The notes beneath the pieces are model-generated. The model was given only the letters and a program-made list of their open reading frames with translations. It did no database searches and had not been told where the DNA came from. A stretch of DNA of 62,923 nt, filler included, from Candidatus Fermentibacterota bacterium (lineage in GTDB: Bacteria; JAFGKV01): the NCBI GenBank assembly GCA_016928395.1. It is 5 parts of 5 records of this genome, joined end to end, with 100 filler letters (N's around TTAATTAATTAA, not from the genome) between each part and the next. Parts side by side here need not be neighbours in the genome. Positions count along the whole stretch, not along the records: positions 1 to 27,893 come from JAFGKV010000174.1; 4 more parts are not named here. The stretch is one strand, 5' to 3'. Below, piece after piece: positions 1-9,470 of the stretch. A program made the translations under genes and the position numbers. Position 1 is the stretch's first letter. Each line of letters starts with the position of its first letter.

Positions 1-12
1 CGAGCTGAATCC

Positions 13-630
13 GTGACACCCGCCATCATTGTCAGCGCGGCCTACATTGCGGCGCAGATGCTGGCCGACGTGGCAAGCCTTCGGATTGTCCTCTTGGCGG
101 GATTCTCCATCGACGCCGGCACGTTCATCTACCCCTTGACCTTTACCTTGCGGGATTTGGTGCACAAGACAGCGGGCATCAAGGCCGCCCGGGTTCTCAT
201 CCTCGCCGCCGCTGCGGTGAACCTCCTCATGGCGGGCTTCTTCTGGCTGGTGGCTCACCTGCCTGCTGATCCGGCGGTCGGCCCCCAACTGGAGTTCGGG
301 ATTGTGCTTTCCCCGGTGTGGCGCATCGTCATTGCGTCCATCGTCGCCGAGGTTCTCTCAGAGATGATCGATACTGAGAACTACCGGCTGTGGGTGCAGT
401 ACGTAACCCGCCGGTACCAATGGTCACGGGTTCTCGTAAGCAATGCTATCAGCGTGCCCATCGACAGCCTCACCTTTGCATGGCTTGCCTTCGGCGGGAT
501 TCTGCCCTCGAAAGTGGTCTGGTCTATCGTGCTGAGCAATATCCTCATCAAAGGCCTCACCACCGTGCTCACCCTCCCGGCCATCTACCTCGTCAAGGAA
601 CACCCGGGCACCGCTGGTGAGGGCCGATGA
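13..630 (+). CDS. VUT family (YhhQ/DUF165) queuosine precursor transporter
   Basis: Hydrophobic 205-aa ORF with family-typical motifs DAGTFIYPLTFTLRDLVH, RIVIAS..A...SE..D and SNAISVPIDS. Confidence 0.85.
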   Translation: MTPAIIVSAAYIAAQMLADVASLRIVLLAGFSIDAGTFIYPLTFTLRDLVHKTAGIKAARVLILAAAAVNLLMAGFFWLVAHLPADPAVGPQLEFGIVLSPVWRIVIASIVAEVLSEMIDTENYRLWVQYVTRRYQWSRVLVSNAISVPIDSLTFAWLAFGGILPSKVVWSIVLSNILIKGLTTVLTLPAIYLVKEHPGTAGEGR

Positions 631-1955
631 CTCCTGTCGTGACATCTCGCCGCAGTTCCCTGATCAATCTGCTGGTCTTGGTGATGGCGTCGGCCATCGC
701 CCTCACGCTTCTGGAGATTGCAGCGCCGGTCGTCTTCCGGGCGAACATGGGCCGCTCATTCAGTCGGAAGGAAGCGACAGCTGGCCTCGAGGCGGCACAG
801 GTGACTTTCGAGGATGTCGTCGCTCTGGACGAGCCCGGGTTCACCCAGGATCACGTACTTCATCCGTATCTGGGCTTCGTTGACCTTCATACAGCAACCC
901 TCTCGCCCGGCAACCCACACTATGTGAACACCTTCGGCTTCGTGGGCATGGATCCGATTCAGACGCGGGACCCGGCCACCCTCATCGTCGGCATCTTCGG
1001 GGGTTCAGTCGCGAACATTCTCTATCGGGGATCGCGAGGGCATATCGTGGAGAGACTCCGGGCGCTCTACCCGGAGCGGGAAATCAAGATCGTATGCGGC
1101 GCACTGGCCGGGTATAAGCAGCCCCAGCAGCTTTTGGCCCTCGCCTACTTCCACGCCATCGGCGGCGAGTTTGACATCGTGGTCAATGTCGATGGGTACA
1201 ATGAGATTGCGCTTCCTCACGAGGAGAACATTCTCGCCGGCGTGAATCCCTTCTTTCCTCGAAGTTGGAAGGCATACGCCCGCAAGGCCCTGGACAAGCG
1301 AATCATGGGCAAAATAGGCGAGATCACCCGTGTCCGCGACCGGAGGGCCGCCATGAAGAAGGTCGCCCAGGGATCACTCCTCCGCCACAGTTCCTTCGCT
1401 TTGGTCCTGTGGTCTGCGCTCGATACGCACGCGGCCACCAGAATCAAGGAGCTCAATACGGAAATCCTGGCCATCATCAGAGACGATCGTGAAGCCGATT
1501 ACCAGACGACAGGCCCCGAGTTCGCCTTCACAGGCCTCGGGACGATGTATGCCAGGCTTGTCGCCACCTGGTCCCAGTGCTCCCGTCAAATGGACGGGAT
1601 GGCGCGAGCGAATGGCTTCTCTTACTACCATTTCCTCCAGCCCAACCAGTACCATCGAGGATCAAAGACCCTCACCAGCGGGGAACTGGCTCATGCGTAC
1701 CTGCCGAATACTCTGGGCGCCAAGGCAGCCGAGCGGGCCTACCCGCTCCTCCGCGCCGCAGGGAGGGAGCTCGGTGCCCAAGGTGTCTGTTTCACGGACC
1801 TGAGCATGCTGTTCCAAGACGTGAGCACCGATATCTATGTTGACGACTGCTGCCACTACAATGCGCTGGGGAACCGTATGGTGATGAAGGCCATTGTGGA
1901 CGTCATCACGGCTGACCTCAAGGCTCGGGGACTGGCGGAAAAACCGCGGAGTTAG
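627..1955 (+). CDS. Membrane-anchored SGNH/GDSL-like hypothetical protein
   Basis: N-terminal TM helix; block-I-like GIFGGSVA, DGYNE and C-terminal DxxH (DDCCHYN); 4-nt overlap with the upstream gene. Confidence 0.6.
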   Translation: MTPVVTSRRSSLINLLVLVMASAIALTLLEIAAPVVFRANMGRSFSRKEATAGLEAAQVTFEDVVALDEPGFTQDHVLHPYLGFVDLHTATLSPGNPHYVNTFGFVGMDPIQTRDPATLIVGIFGGSVANILYRGSRGHIVERLRALYPEREIKIVCGALAGYKQPQQLLALAYFHAIGGEFDIVVNVDGYNEIALPHEENILAGVNPFFPRSWKAYARKALDKRIMGKIGEITRVRDRRAAMKKVAQGSLLRHSSFALVLWSALDTHAATRIKELNTEILAIIRDDREADYQTTGPEFAFTGLGTMYARLVATWSQCSRQMDGMARANGFSYYHFLQPNQYHRGSKTLTSGELAHAYLPNTLGAKAAERAYPLLRAAGRELGAQGVCFTDLSMLFQDVSTDIYVDDCCHYNALGNRMVMKAIVDVITADLKARGLAEKPRS

Positions 1956-2012
1956 CGCGAAAGGCCCCGTCTCGCGGCAAAGACAGGGCAAGTCGCAGAT
2001 GCGCGGGGCTCG

Positions 2013-2915
2013 CTATGGGCCCTTTCCCAAGAAGCGAGGATCCCCTCGCGCCGAAGCCACAGCCTTCAATGCGCTGGCTTCCTTGTCTTTGATCTCCAGC
2101 ATCAGGTCAAAATCGTGAGGGTCGCTCTCGGCAAGGAAGCTGGCAAAATCGCCCATGTCGATGGACTCGGCATGGCTTCCCTGTCTGGCGCCGGCTTTCT
2201 GGCTGCTGTAGTCGACCAGTGGCGGACCGTGCGAGGGCCCCCAGGTTACGGCCGCGCGAGCCAGGGCTTCCTTCAAGGATTCCCCGGATGAATTCACCTG
2301 GTGATGAAACCAGTCAAGTACCACCGGGATACCAGCATCTTCGCTGACCCTGACGCAGTCGGCCAAAGTGAAGAGGCGGTCATCGTTCTCCACCACCAAC
2401 CGCCTCCGTATCCGCCGGTCAAGGACCGCGCACCGGCGGACAAACCGCGCCAGGCTCCCTTCCCTGTCGCCATAGGCACCGCCGATGTGGATCTGAATCT
2501 TTGCGTCGGGGCCCATACCCATGGCATCCAGCACCTCGGCGTGGTAGAGCAACTCGGCGATGCTGCGGGCGTTCACATCGTCCGACGGCGAGTTGAGAAG
2601 CACGAACTGGTCCGGGTGCATGGTGAGTCGGAACCGGTGACACCGGGCGAACTCTCCCAGCCGAGCCAGGGTTTCACCGAAATGGGCGGACCAGTCAAAG
2701 GTACACACGGGATGGGAGGCGAACGGTACGAGATCTGAGGTGATCCGAAAGAAGAGAATATCATGTGCCAGATTGTAGCGCAGCACTGCGTCGAGACAGG
2801 CCAGATTGCCCTTCACGGTGGCGATGAGGCGTTCCTCGCTGTAGGACTTGAGACGAAACGTCGCGGCACCCGTACAGCCTATGCCCCGATTGATGCACGG
2901 GTAGCCGATCCGCAT
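2013..2915 (-). CDS. uvsE: UV DNA damage repair endonuclease UvsE
   Basis: MRIGYPCIN start, FFRITSDLVPFASHP, RLTMHPDQF, ENDD, DWFHH and MLEIKDKE motifs. Confidence 0.95.
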   Translation of the reverse strand: MRIGYPCINRGIGCTGAATFRLKSYSEERLIATVKGNLACLDAVLRYNLAHDILFFRITSDLVPFASHPVCTFDWSAHFGETLARLGEFARCHRFRLTMHPDQFVLLNSPSDDVNARSIAELLYHAEVLDAMGMGPDAKIQIHIGGAYGDREGSLARFVRRCAVLDRRIRRRLVVENDDRLFTLADCVRVSEDAGIPVVLDWFHHQVNSSGESLKEALARAAVTWGPSHGPPLVDYSSQKAGARQGSHAESIDMGDFASFLAESDPHDFDLMLEIKDKEASALKAVASARGDPRFLGKGP

Positions 2916-2919
2916 GATC

Positions 2920-3852
2920 CTACAGCACGGAATCCAGAGCTATTCTAATAGTAGAATAGCCGAAACGAAATCCTTCTGCCACCAGTCGTCGGGGATACAC
3001 GCGTTGGCTCGTCAGCAGAACCTCCCGCGCCATGGCGCCGAGACCGAGACGCAGGGCGAAAGCCGGCACGGGACACAGAACCGGGCGACGAAGAGCCCCG
3101 CCCAAAGCCCTGGCAAATTCACCCTGCCGGATCGGCGACGGTGCACAGACATTGAAGACACCCGCCAAATCCGACCTTCCCGCCACGAACTCCACAGCTT
3201 TGGCCACATCCTCGATATGCACCCACGGGAACCACTGGCGCCCATTGCCCAATGGGCCGCCCAAGAAGATTCGGAAGGGCCCCGCGGCGCGGGGCAGGAA
3301 TCCACCCCTGCCAATCACTACTGCCATGCGCATGACAACCCGCCGTACCCCTCGCTGCCCCACTGCGGCAGTGGAGGCCTCCCATGCCTCGACCACCGAC
3401 GGAAGGAAGCCCTTGCCGGCAGGCGAGGCTTCGTCGAGCCGCTCCTCTCCCCTATCGCCGTAGAACCCAACCGCCGAGGCCTGAATCAACGCTTTGGGAG
3501 GTGTGGCGGAGGCTTCGATTGCCTCCACCAGTGCCTCTCCCGCCAGAATGCGGCTGGCCAGGATCCCTTGACGCTTCTCGGATGTCCATACGCCGGTGAT
3601 GGGCTCGCCCGCCAGGTTGATCACTGCGTCCGCCCCGTCAACCTCAAGACACCATGGTCCGGCTGTCTGACCGTCCCACTGAACATACCGGACACCCCCG
3701 TTGGAGAATTCGACGCCCGAGCGCCTGGTAAGAATCACCACGGAGAGCCCGCTCGCCACGAGGCGCGCCGCCACGGCCCGGCCGATGAAGCCCGAGCCGC
3801 CTGCCACCACCACCCGCCCTGCCTTGGCGGCATCATGCAGCCCTTGCGTCAC
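2920..3852 (-). CDS. TIGR01777 family NAD-dependent epimerase/oxidoreductase (YfcH-like)
   Basis: GGSGFIG Rossmann motif, AVINLAGEPI, ASAVGFYG, GNGRQWFPWVHIED, SQRVYP. Confidence 0.9.
   Translation of the reverse strand: MTQGLHDAAKAGRVVVAGGSGFIGRAVAARLVASGLSVVILTRRSGVEFSNGGVRYVQWDGQTAGPWCLEVDGADAVINLAGEPITGVWTSEKRQGILASRILAGEALVEAIEASATPPKALIQASAVGFYGDRGEERLDEASPAGKGFLPSVVEAWEASTAAVGQRGVRRVVMRMAVVIGRGGFLPRAAGPFRIFLGGPLGNGRQWFPWVHIEDVAKAVEFVAGRSDLAGVFNVCAPSPIRQGEFARALGGALRRPVLCPVPAFALRLGLGAMAREVLLTSQRVYPRRLVAEGFRFGYSTIRIALDSVL
2939..2960. promoter_or_regulatory. AT-rich palindromic operator candidate GCTATTCTAATAGTAGAATAGC
   Basis: Near-perfect inverted repeat about 25 nt upstream of the uvsE start; 19/20 identical to 57493-57512. 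Confidence 0.65.
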
Positions 3853-3924
3853 TCTGGCACCGTGTCGGCTGTGTGCTCCGTTGGCGTCTCCGTTGGCGCA
3901 GAGAGCGTATGCCCGTGTGACATG

Positions 3925-6900
3925 CTACGGCCCCGTGGGGGTCAGGAAATCAGTTTCACCCACCCGGTTAGATGCAGGGCCCTCATTGCCCGATGCATCC
4001 CGGGCGGTCACCACGTAGACCCAGTTGAGTTCCGGATCTCCGGCCCCGCCCTCATCAGTCCACGGAGGGTTCTGCACCGTGGTGAGCAACGACCAGGGGC
4101 CGGGTGTGAAATGGGGGATGACGCTCCGGTACACACGGTATTCCGTGACACCCACATTGTCCCACGGGGCTGACCAGGTGAGCACGACATCCTCTCCATT
4201 CACTCCACGCATGATGCCTAGATCGACAATGCCCTCGGGGGGCACGCCGTCCGCCCCATCCAAGAGCCATGCCAGGGCCTGCTGAAGGAAGATGAGCGGC
4301 TGACTGGGCGGCGCCTGGCCAGAGGTCAATGCCTCGAATGGGGTGGCCATGAATACGACGCGGTAGGCCGTCTGGCCGGAGGCCGGGTAGCGCAGGGCCG
4401 TAATCTGGGCCGAGGTTCCCACCGTGAGGATGCCTGCGGCCCCGGCGTCGGGCACGATGGCATCGGGATACTCCGACATGCCGGCGGGGAAGTCCGTGGG
4501 CATCACCATCCCGGCGGTAATGGGATCCGCCGGGACTCCCCGCACTTCATTGACCGTGATACTCGTCGTGGAGCTTGCCACGTGCAGGTAGGTGGAAGTG
4601 AACGAACTGGATCCGTACGAGGTAAGGTAGTTCTCTGCCGAGAAGAGCAGCGCACCGCCCCCGTCCAGATAGGTCGCCAAGGTCTGCTGGTCCGTCGGTG
4701 ACATGGAGGAGACGTTCTGGTCACCGGCGGTCCACACGACAACCGGATACAAAGACAGCATAGCCAAAGGCACGGAGCCCTGAGCCGGTACATCCCACCA
4801 GTCGAAGCTGTAACCGGAGGCGTTCATGGCGTCCAACAGCCGGCCCTCGATGGGTTCGTCGTCCGTATCAACCACGAGGACCGTGGGCTGACCGAGAACC
4901 AGGGTGAACGGCAAGGTCGCCTGCCACGGCCCCAAGGCATCGACCTGCACGGAGAACGCCGCTACGGCCCCTTCGGGGCACTCGCCGCCCACGGAGATGA
5001 CAAAGGGCTGGGCATTGGTTTCACTCCCCCCTGGATTCAGGGACGGGAACGGAGCAATCGCAAATCCGACGGTCACATCGGGATGCGTGGATGCAACGGT
5101 GCCCTGCACCGACGATGCCGAACCGGAGCCCGTATTGCGCAGATAGACGTAGAGATCGACTGTCTCACCGGGATCTGCCCGGCCATTGCCGTTTCCTCCC
5201 GCATCGTCCACCGCAACCGAGTCGATCTGAAGCACGGGAGCATGAAGCACCATGGCAAACTGCCGAATCCAGGCGCTGTCTCCGGAAGACAAGGCCAACT
5301 CGAACGGCACGACATGGTTGTCGGCCGCTCCCCCGGCCACGGCCAACCGGTAGGGACCTGTGCTTTGGGCCGTCGCATCCGGCGCCATGGATCCGTACCC
5401 CTGTACGGCATCGGTAATAGCTACCATGCCATCGCCGGACGAAAGCGTGCCTGTGACCGGAGGTGCCTCACTTTGGCCAACATTCCAGAGCCGTATGTCG
5501 AGGGCCACAGAGTCTCCCTGTTCCACAATGCCATTCACCGTGCCGAAGGTATCGACTGCCATGAGGGAGTCTATCACCACATACCAGCCTTCCGCCGGCG
5601 CCAGTTGAACCGTTCCCTGGTAGGGAATCCTGTTATGAGCGCTTACCACCAGGTCAACCGGGCCGGGTATCGTGGGAGGCTCGTCAAAGATGATGTGGGC
5701 AGTGCCGCCGGAAACCAGTGCCCGGCCCAGCAGGTCACCGTCACGACTCATGGCAGCCATTGCACCGTCGGTGTCGACCAACACGGTGAAACTTGTCACG
5801 CCCACTACGGATGCAGCATCGTGGTTGACGACCATGGCCGCGGGTTCTGCGGTGTGGATATCCTGGGTGGGATCGCCGTAGTAGTGAAACATCTCCATTT
5901 CCGTGCGCGTCGTGGTGGGATCCGGAGCCCAGGGATACCCCGCGCCGTTGGTCAGCACGTACTTGTCATACATCCACCACTTGGCGAAGTCCACCACCAC
6001 CCCCTGGCGGTAGGTGGGGCTGCCCCACGGATTCTGGCTGGTTCCTCCGGGATAGGAGGGATCAAACCCGGGCCACATGGCATCGTAGATGCCTTTCACC
6101 AGCTCGTCGTTGTACCCGCTGTAACTGACCCGGGTCGCGCCGACCACCCCGACGGCGCCCCCGGGGGAGAGCCGGAGCAACTCCTCGCAGAAGCTCTCGA
6201 AGGTGCTGCTATTGCTGTCGGTTTCCGAATCAAAGTAGCCGGTGAGACAGTTCAGACTGTACACGACCGGGAGCATTGCGCCGTTGGCGAGCTGCGCGAA
6301 ATGCGACAGGGTGAAGCTGGGGTGGCTCCATCCATCGGTATCGCCATGATCCCGGTGATTCACGATGAATGAGCCCGCGTTAAAGTTGGCGATGACATCG
6401 GCCGTGGAGCCTGGCGGCGTTCCCGCCTCGTAGGCACGGGTTACGTCGAAGCCGAGGGAGATCAGATAGTCGTAGATCATGTTGGACACGGTGACAAAGT
6501 ATCTGCCCGCCTCGTCGTATGCGGCCAGGAACACATGGTTGTTCCACCCGCCTGCCGGGGGGTTCTGCTCATAGCCAAGGATCTTCGCAAACGGCCCGCT
6601 TTGGGTTGCGCTGTCCACCGAGATGCGCCCATGGTGGATATCGGCAAAGTAGTCGTCGCCATCCACGGTGGCATACCATAGATCCGTCCCCGTCAAAGTG
6701 CCGTGATAGGGATGCGTATAGAGGTAGTTCGTGGGCATCAGATCCGCATCACCAACCAGGAGCACAAAACTAGGAGGCGTCTCCCAGGTCTCATACGCAG
6801 TCTGGACATACGCGCGAATACCTTCGGCATCCCAGCCCGCCTGAGTGCGGGTAACCATCACCGTGGGGATACCCGACATGCGGCGCCATTGTACCAAAGG

Positions 6901-7662
6901 CTGCACGGCCTCGGAGAACCCATCGGGCACGATGATGAGCAGTTCACCTTCGCCCTCGCGCACGGCGGGGAGCGGAGAAACGCCGCCCACCTGGTCGTAG
7001 TTCAGTAGCATGCCGGCATACAGAGGCTCGAAGAAACGTGACCTGAGCCGCTGCGGCACGAAAAAGCCAGCGCCGCCGGTGAATCGAACGTCAACCCGAC
7101 ACCGGGTATACGCAACCAGTCGGGATGTCTCGGCATAGAATCGCAGCGGAAACACTCCGACGAGCGCCGTCTGCAGGCCCCGCACAGTGTAGGGTTGGCT
7201 CACGAGGAGCCTCTCGGCGGGAAACCCCTGGCCGCCTCGATAGTGGCCGTTGTCCATAATGAAGGGCACCTGGGCGCCATCGAGATCTGGGACCGGCTCC
7301 TGCGCGGGCCACACACGAAAACCCTCAAGTATCACACTGTCCAGCACGGCGATGCTGGCCGAGACCGCGGCCCCTCGGGGAAGGCCGATGAAACGCCCAA
7401 CATACGGAATTTCCGGCAGCCCCACGTCTGCAGTCCGTCCTGAGGATGGCAGGCGAAGCCGCTGGAACGGCCCGCCTTCGTGCTCTATGTCCTCGACCCA
7501 CATACCGCCAAGACCCACCTCGTATACGCAGCCCGACAGGTCATTGGAGAGCATGGTGATGGCAATCCCTGCCGGCTCCCCCTCGCCGGCGAAAGACACC
7601 CACCGCTCATCTGCCCGTGAGTGAGCTATCAGAAGAAGCAGAATGGCAAAGAATCGCGTCAC
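3925..7662 (-). CDS. Secreted C25 family (gingipain-like) cysteine peptidase with propeptide, Ig-like domains and C-terminal FN3-like domain
   Basis: Signal peptide; C25 propeptide (VGLPEIP); FVLLVGD, catalytic His (NHRDHG) and Cys (SLNCLTG); GDP motif; C-terminal ...SNRVGETDF. Confidence 0.9.
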   Translation of the reverse strand: MTRFFAILLLLIAHSRADERWVSFAGEGEPAGIAITMLSNDLSGCVYEVGLGGMWVEDIEHEGGPFQRLRLPSSGRTADVGLPEIPYVGRFIGLPRGAAVSASIAVLDSVILEGFRVWPAQEPVPDLDGAQVPFIMDNGHYRGGQGFPAERLLVSQPYTVRGLQTALVGVFPLRFYAETSRLVAYTRCRVDVRFTGGAGFFVPQRLRSRFFEPLYAGMLLNYDQVGGVSPLPAVREGEGELLIIVPDGFSEAVQPLVQWRRMSGIPTVMVTRTQAGWDAEGIRAYVQTAYETWETPPSFVLLVGDADLMPTNYLYTHPYHGTLTGTDLWYATVDGDDYFADIHHGRISVDSATQSGPFAKILGYEQNPPAGGWNNHVFLAAYDEAGRYFVTVSNMIYDYLISLGFDVTRAYEAGTPPGSTADVIANFNAGSFIVNHRDHGDTDGWSHPSFTLSHFAQLANGAMLPVVYSLNCLTGYFDSETDSNSSTFESFCEELLRLSPGGAVGVVGATRVSYSGYNDELVKGIYDAMWPGFDPSYPGGTSQNPWGSPTYRQGVVVDFAKWWMYDKYVLTNGAGYPWAPDPTTTRTEMEMFHYYGDPTQDIHTAEPAAMVVNHDAASVVGVTSFTVLVDTDGAMAAMSRDGDLLGRALVSGGTAHIIFDEPPTIPGPVDLVVSAHNRIPYQGTVQLAPAEGWYVVIDSLMAVDTFGTVNGIVEQGDSVALDIRLWNVGQSEAPPVTGTLSSGDGMVAITDAVQGYGSMAPDATAQSTGPYRLAVAGGAADNHVVPFELALSSGDSAWIRQFAMVLHAPVLQIDSVAVDDAGGNGNGRADPGETVDLYVYLRNTGSGSASSVQGTVASTHPDVTVGFAIAPFPSLNPGGSETNAQPFVISVGGECPEGAVAAFSVQVDALGPWQATLPFTLVLGQPTVLVVDTDDEPIEGRLLDAMNASGYSFDWWDVPAQGSVPLAMLSLYPVVVWTAGDQNVSSMSPTDQQTLATYLDGGGALLFSAENYLTSYGSSSFTSTYLHVASSTTSITVNEVRGVPADPITAGMVMPTDFPAGMSEYPDAIVPDAGAAGILTVGTSAQITALRYPASGQTAYRVVFMATPFEALTSGQAPPSQPLIFLQQALAWLLDGADGVPPEGIVDLGIMRGVNGEDVVLTWSAPWDNVGVTEYRVYRSVIPHFTPGPWSLLTTVQNPPWTDEGGAGDPELNWVYVVTARDASGNEGPASNRVGETDFLTPTGP

Positions 7663-7761
7663 GAGACTACTCCCTCGGTTGGGGATCTATGGAACCGGGC
7701 CATGGATAATGCCCACAGAGTACCCCATGACAGCCCATCTGTCCAGTAGACGAGGCCGGCC

Positions 7762-7790
7762 TTGCCGGTGCGTGCGTGGCATGGTAGAAT
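7762..7790 (+). promoter_or_regulatory. Sigma70-like promoter for the diguanylate cyclase
   Basis: TTGCCG-17 nt-TAGAAT with a TGn extension, about 80 nt upstream of ATG 7871. Confidence 0.5.
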
Positions 7791-7870
7791 CACAGGCATC
7801 CTGCTTCCGCCTTCTGGCTCCGCGCACGCCAGGCGGGATCCGGCCGCACCCGAACCGCGGGAGTCATCCC

Positions 7871-8911
7871 ATGAGGACAAGCCCTCCGATGATCGACCTG
7901 GGCGAACGGGAGAAACTGCTCGCCTGCCTTGAGATCGGCAAAGCCCTTACGTCCACCCTTGATCTGCCCGAAGTGCTGCACCTCATCATGAACACGGGAA
8001 GTCAGATCATTGCGGCCGAGAACTGGAGCCTGCTGTTGCGGGATCCTGACACAGGGGAACTCTCCTTCCAGGTAGTGGTTGGGCTTGACCCTGCTCTGGT
8101 CAAGGATCTGCGCCTGCCCAAAGGTGTGGGCTTCGTTGGATATGTCGCCGAGACCGGCCAGCCGCTCTACGTGCCGGATGCACGTCGCGACGTACGGTTC
8201 AATCCCGATGTAGACCGACGTACCGGGTTCGTGACCCGTTCGGTGATCTGTCTTCCGCTGACCGTCAGGGGCAGCGTTCTGGGCGTGGTGGAAGTAGTCA
8301 ATGTGGAGGATGTGAACGTCTTCCAGAATCGAGAGGCTCCCCTGCTTCGCGTGCTGACCGACTACGCTGCCATCGCCATCGAGAACTCGCGATACGTGCA
8401 ACGCATCCAAGAGCTGACCGTTACCGACGAGTATACTGGCCTGCCAAACGCCCGTTACCTCTATGCCACGCTGGACGAGCTGCTGACCGAAGCCCGCGCC
8501 TGTGGCACACCGCTCTCGGTGGCGTTTGCGGATCTGGACAACTTCAAACAGGTGGTGGATACCCATGGTCATCTCATGGGCAGCAGAGTCTTGCGAGAGG
8601 TCGGCGCGGTTATGAAGACGGCCCTGACGACCGAAGATATCCTCGTCAAGTACGGGGGTGACGAGTATGTCATACTCATGCCGGGTAGGGACAAGCCCGA
8701 GGCGTACGCCGCGTTGGAGGATGTCCGCAGGGCCGTTGCCGCAGCTCGGTTTCTAGCCGATGCCGAGCGAACGACATCTGTCACAGCAAGCATCGGCGTC
8801 GCGACGTTTCCCACTGACGGCTCTACGGCTCGCGACATTTTGCTGCGCGCGGATAGCGCCATGTACGAGGCAAAAAAGACCAAAAACACAGTCGCGTTCG
8901 TGCCCGGTTAG
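7871..8911 (+). CDS. GAF-GGDEF diguanylate cyclase
   Basis: N-terminal GAF domain (D.RTGFVTRSVICLPL, AAIAIEN), TDEYTGLPN, DLDNFKQVVDTHGH and GGDEY active site; start refined from ORF 7643. Confidence 0.92.
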   Translation: MRTSPPMIDLGEREKLLACLEIGKALTSTLDLPEVLHLIMNTGSQIIAAENWSLLLRDPDTGELSFQVVVGLDPALVKDLRLPKGVGFVGYVAETGQPLYVPDARRDVRFNPDVDRRTGFVTRSVICLPLTVRGSVLGVVEVVNVEDVNVFQNREAPLLRVLTDYAAIAIENSRYVQRIQELTVTDEYTGLPNARYLYATLDELLTEARACGTPLSVAFADLDNFKQVVDTHGHLMGSRVLREVGAVMKTALTTEDILVKYGGDEYVILMPGRDKPEAYAALEDVRRAVAAARFLADAERTTSVTASIGVATFPTDGSTARDILLRADSAMYEAKKTKNTVAFVPG

Positions 8912-8937
8912 GCTTCAGCGCTTCGACCCTGCCAGAT

Positions 8938-9381
8938 TCACCTGCCGCCCTGTGCGCCGCGTAGGCTCTTGCGGACCTGGGAAGGCAGGCCCATCGTTCC
9001 CGATCCCGGGCGCGGCGCACTGGGCGCTTGTTCTCCCGCCAGGGGCGCACCGAAAGGCGCGGCGCCCTCGGTGAACGCTGAAACGGCCCGCTCCCAGGTC
9101 ACCGCGACGCCTCCCAGCCCAAGCGGTACGGTGTACCGAACAGACACCTGGCTACGGCTTCCCGCGGGGGTGACTTCCATGGACCTGTCGACAAGAACGA
9201 TGTCTTTGGCCTCAGCCAGTCTCCTCACATCTTCGCAAAGTTGCGCATCGGCCCGACGAGCCCGATGAACGAGGCCGGTGAACTCGCTGTCAAACGTGAT
9301 CGCGCGCCAGACCTCGATCACCACCGAATAGAGCAATGCTCCAACAACTATCAGAGCAGTCAACCGCACAAGCCCTCGCAC
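8938..9381 (-). CDS. Small membrane-anchored hypothetical protein (DUF4845-like)
   Basis: N-terminal TM segment followed by a helix and beta-strand pattern (VSVRYTVPL). Confidence 0.5.
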   Translation of the reverse strand: MRGLVRLTALIVVGALLYSVVIEVWRAITFDSEFTGLVHRARRADAQLCEDVRRLAEAKDIVLVDRSMEVTPAGSRSQVSVRYTVPLGLGGVAVTWERAVSAFTEGAAPFGAPLAGEQAPSAPRPGSGTMGLPSQVRKSLRGAQGGR

Positions 9382-9470
9382 TGCGCGCTCCTCTCACCCG
9401 GTAATCCAGGGAGGCCTGCCGCCTGGAACCACGGTATGCCTCATCTGGAGAACCTTATCACGGCTGCGCT

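Noticed and set aside
2914-6372. Long antisense ORFs such as 2914-4173 and 5083-6372 (also 19218-20336, 45220-46740, 47741-49093, 49253-50485)
   Set aside because: Shadow ORFs opposite well-supported genes in GC-rich DNA, with no recognisable motifs.
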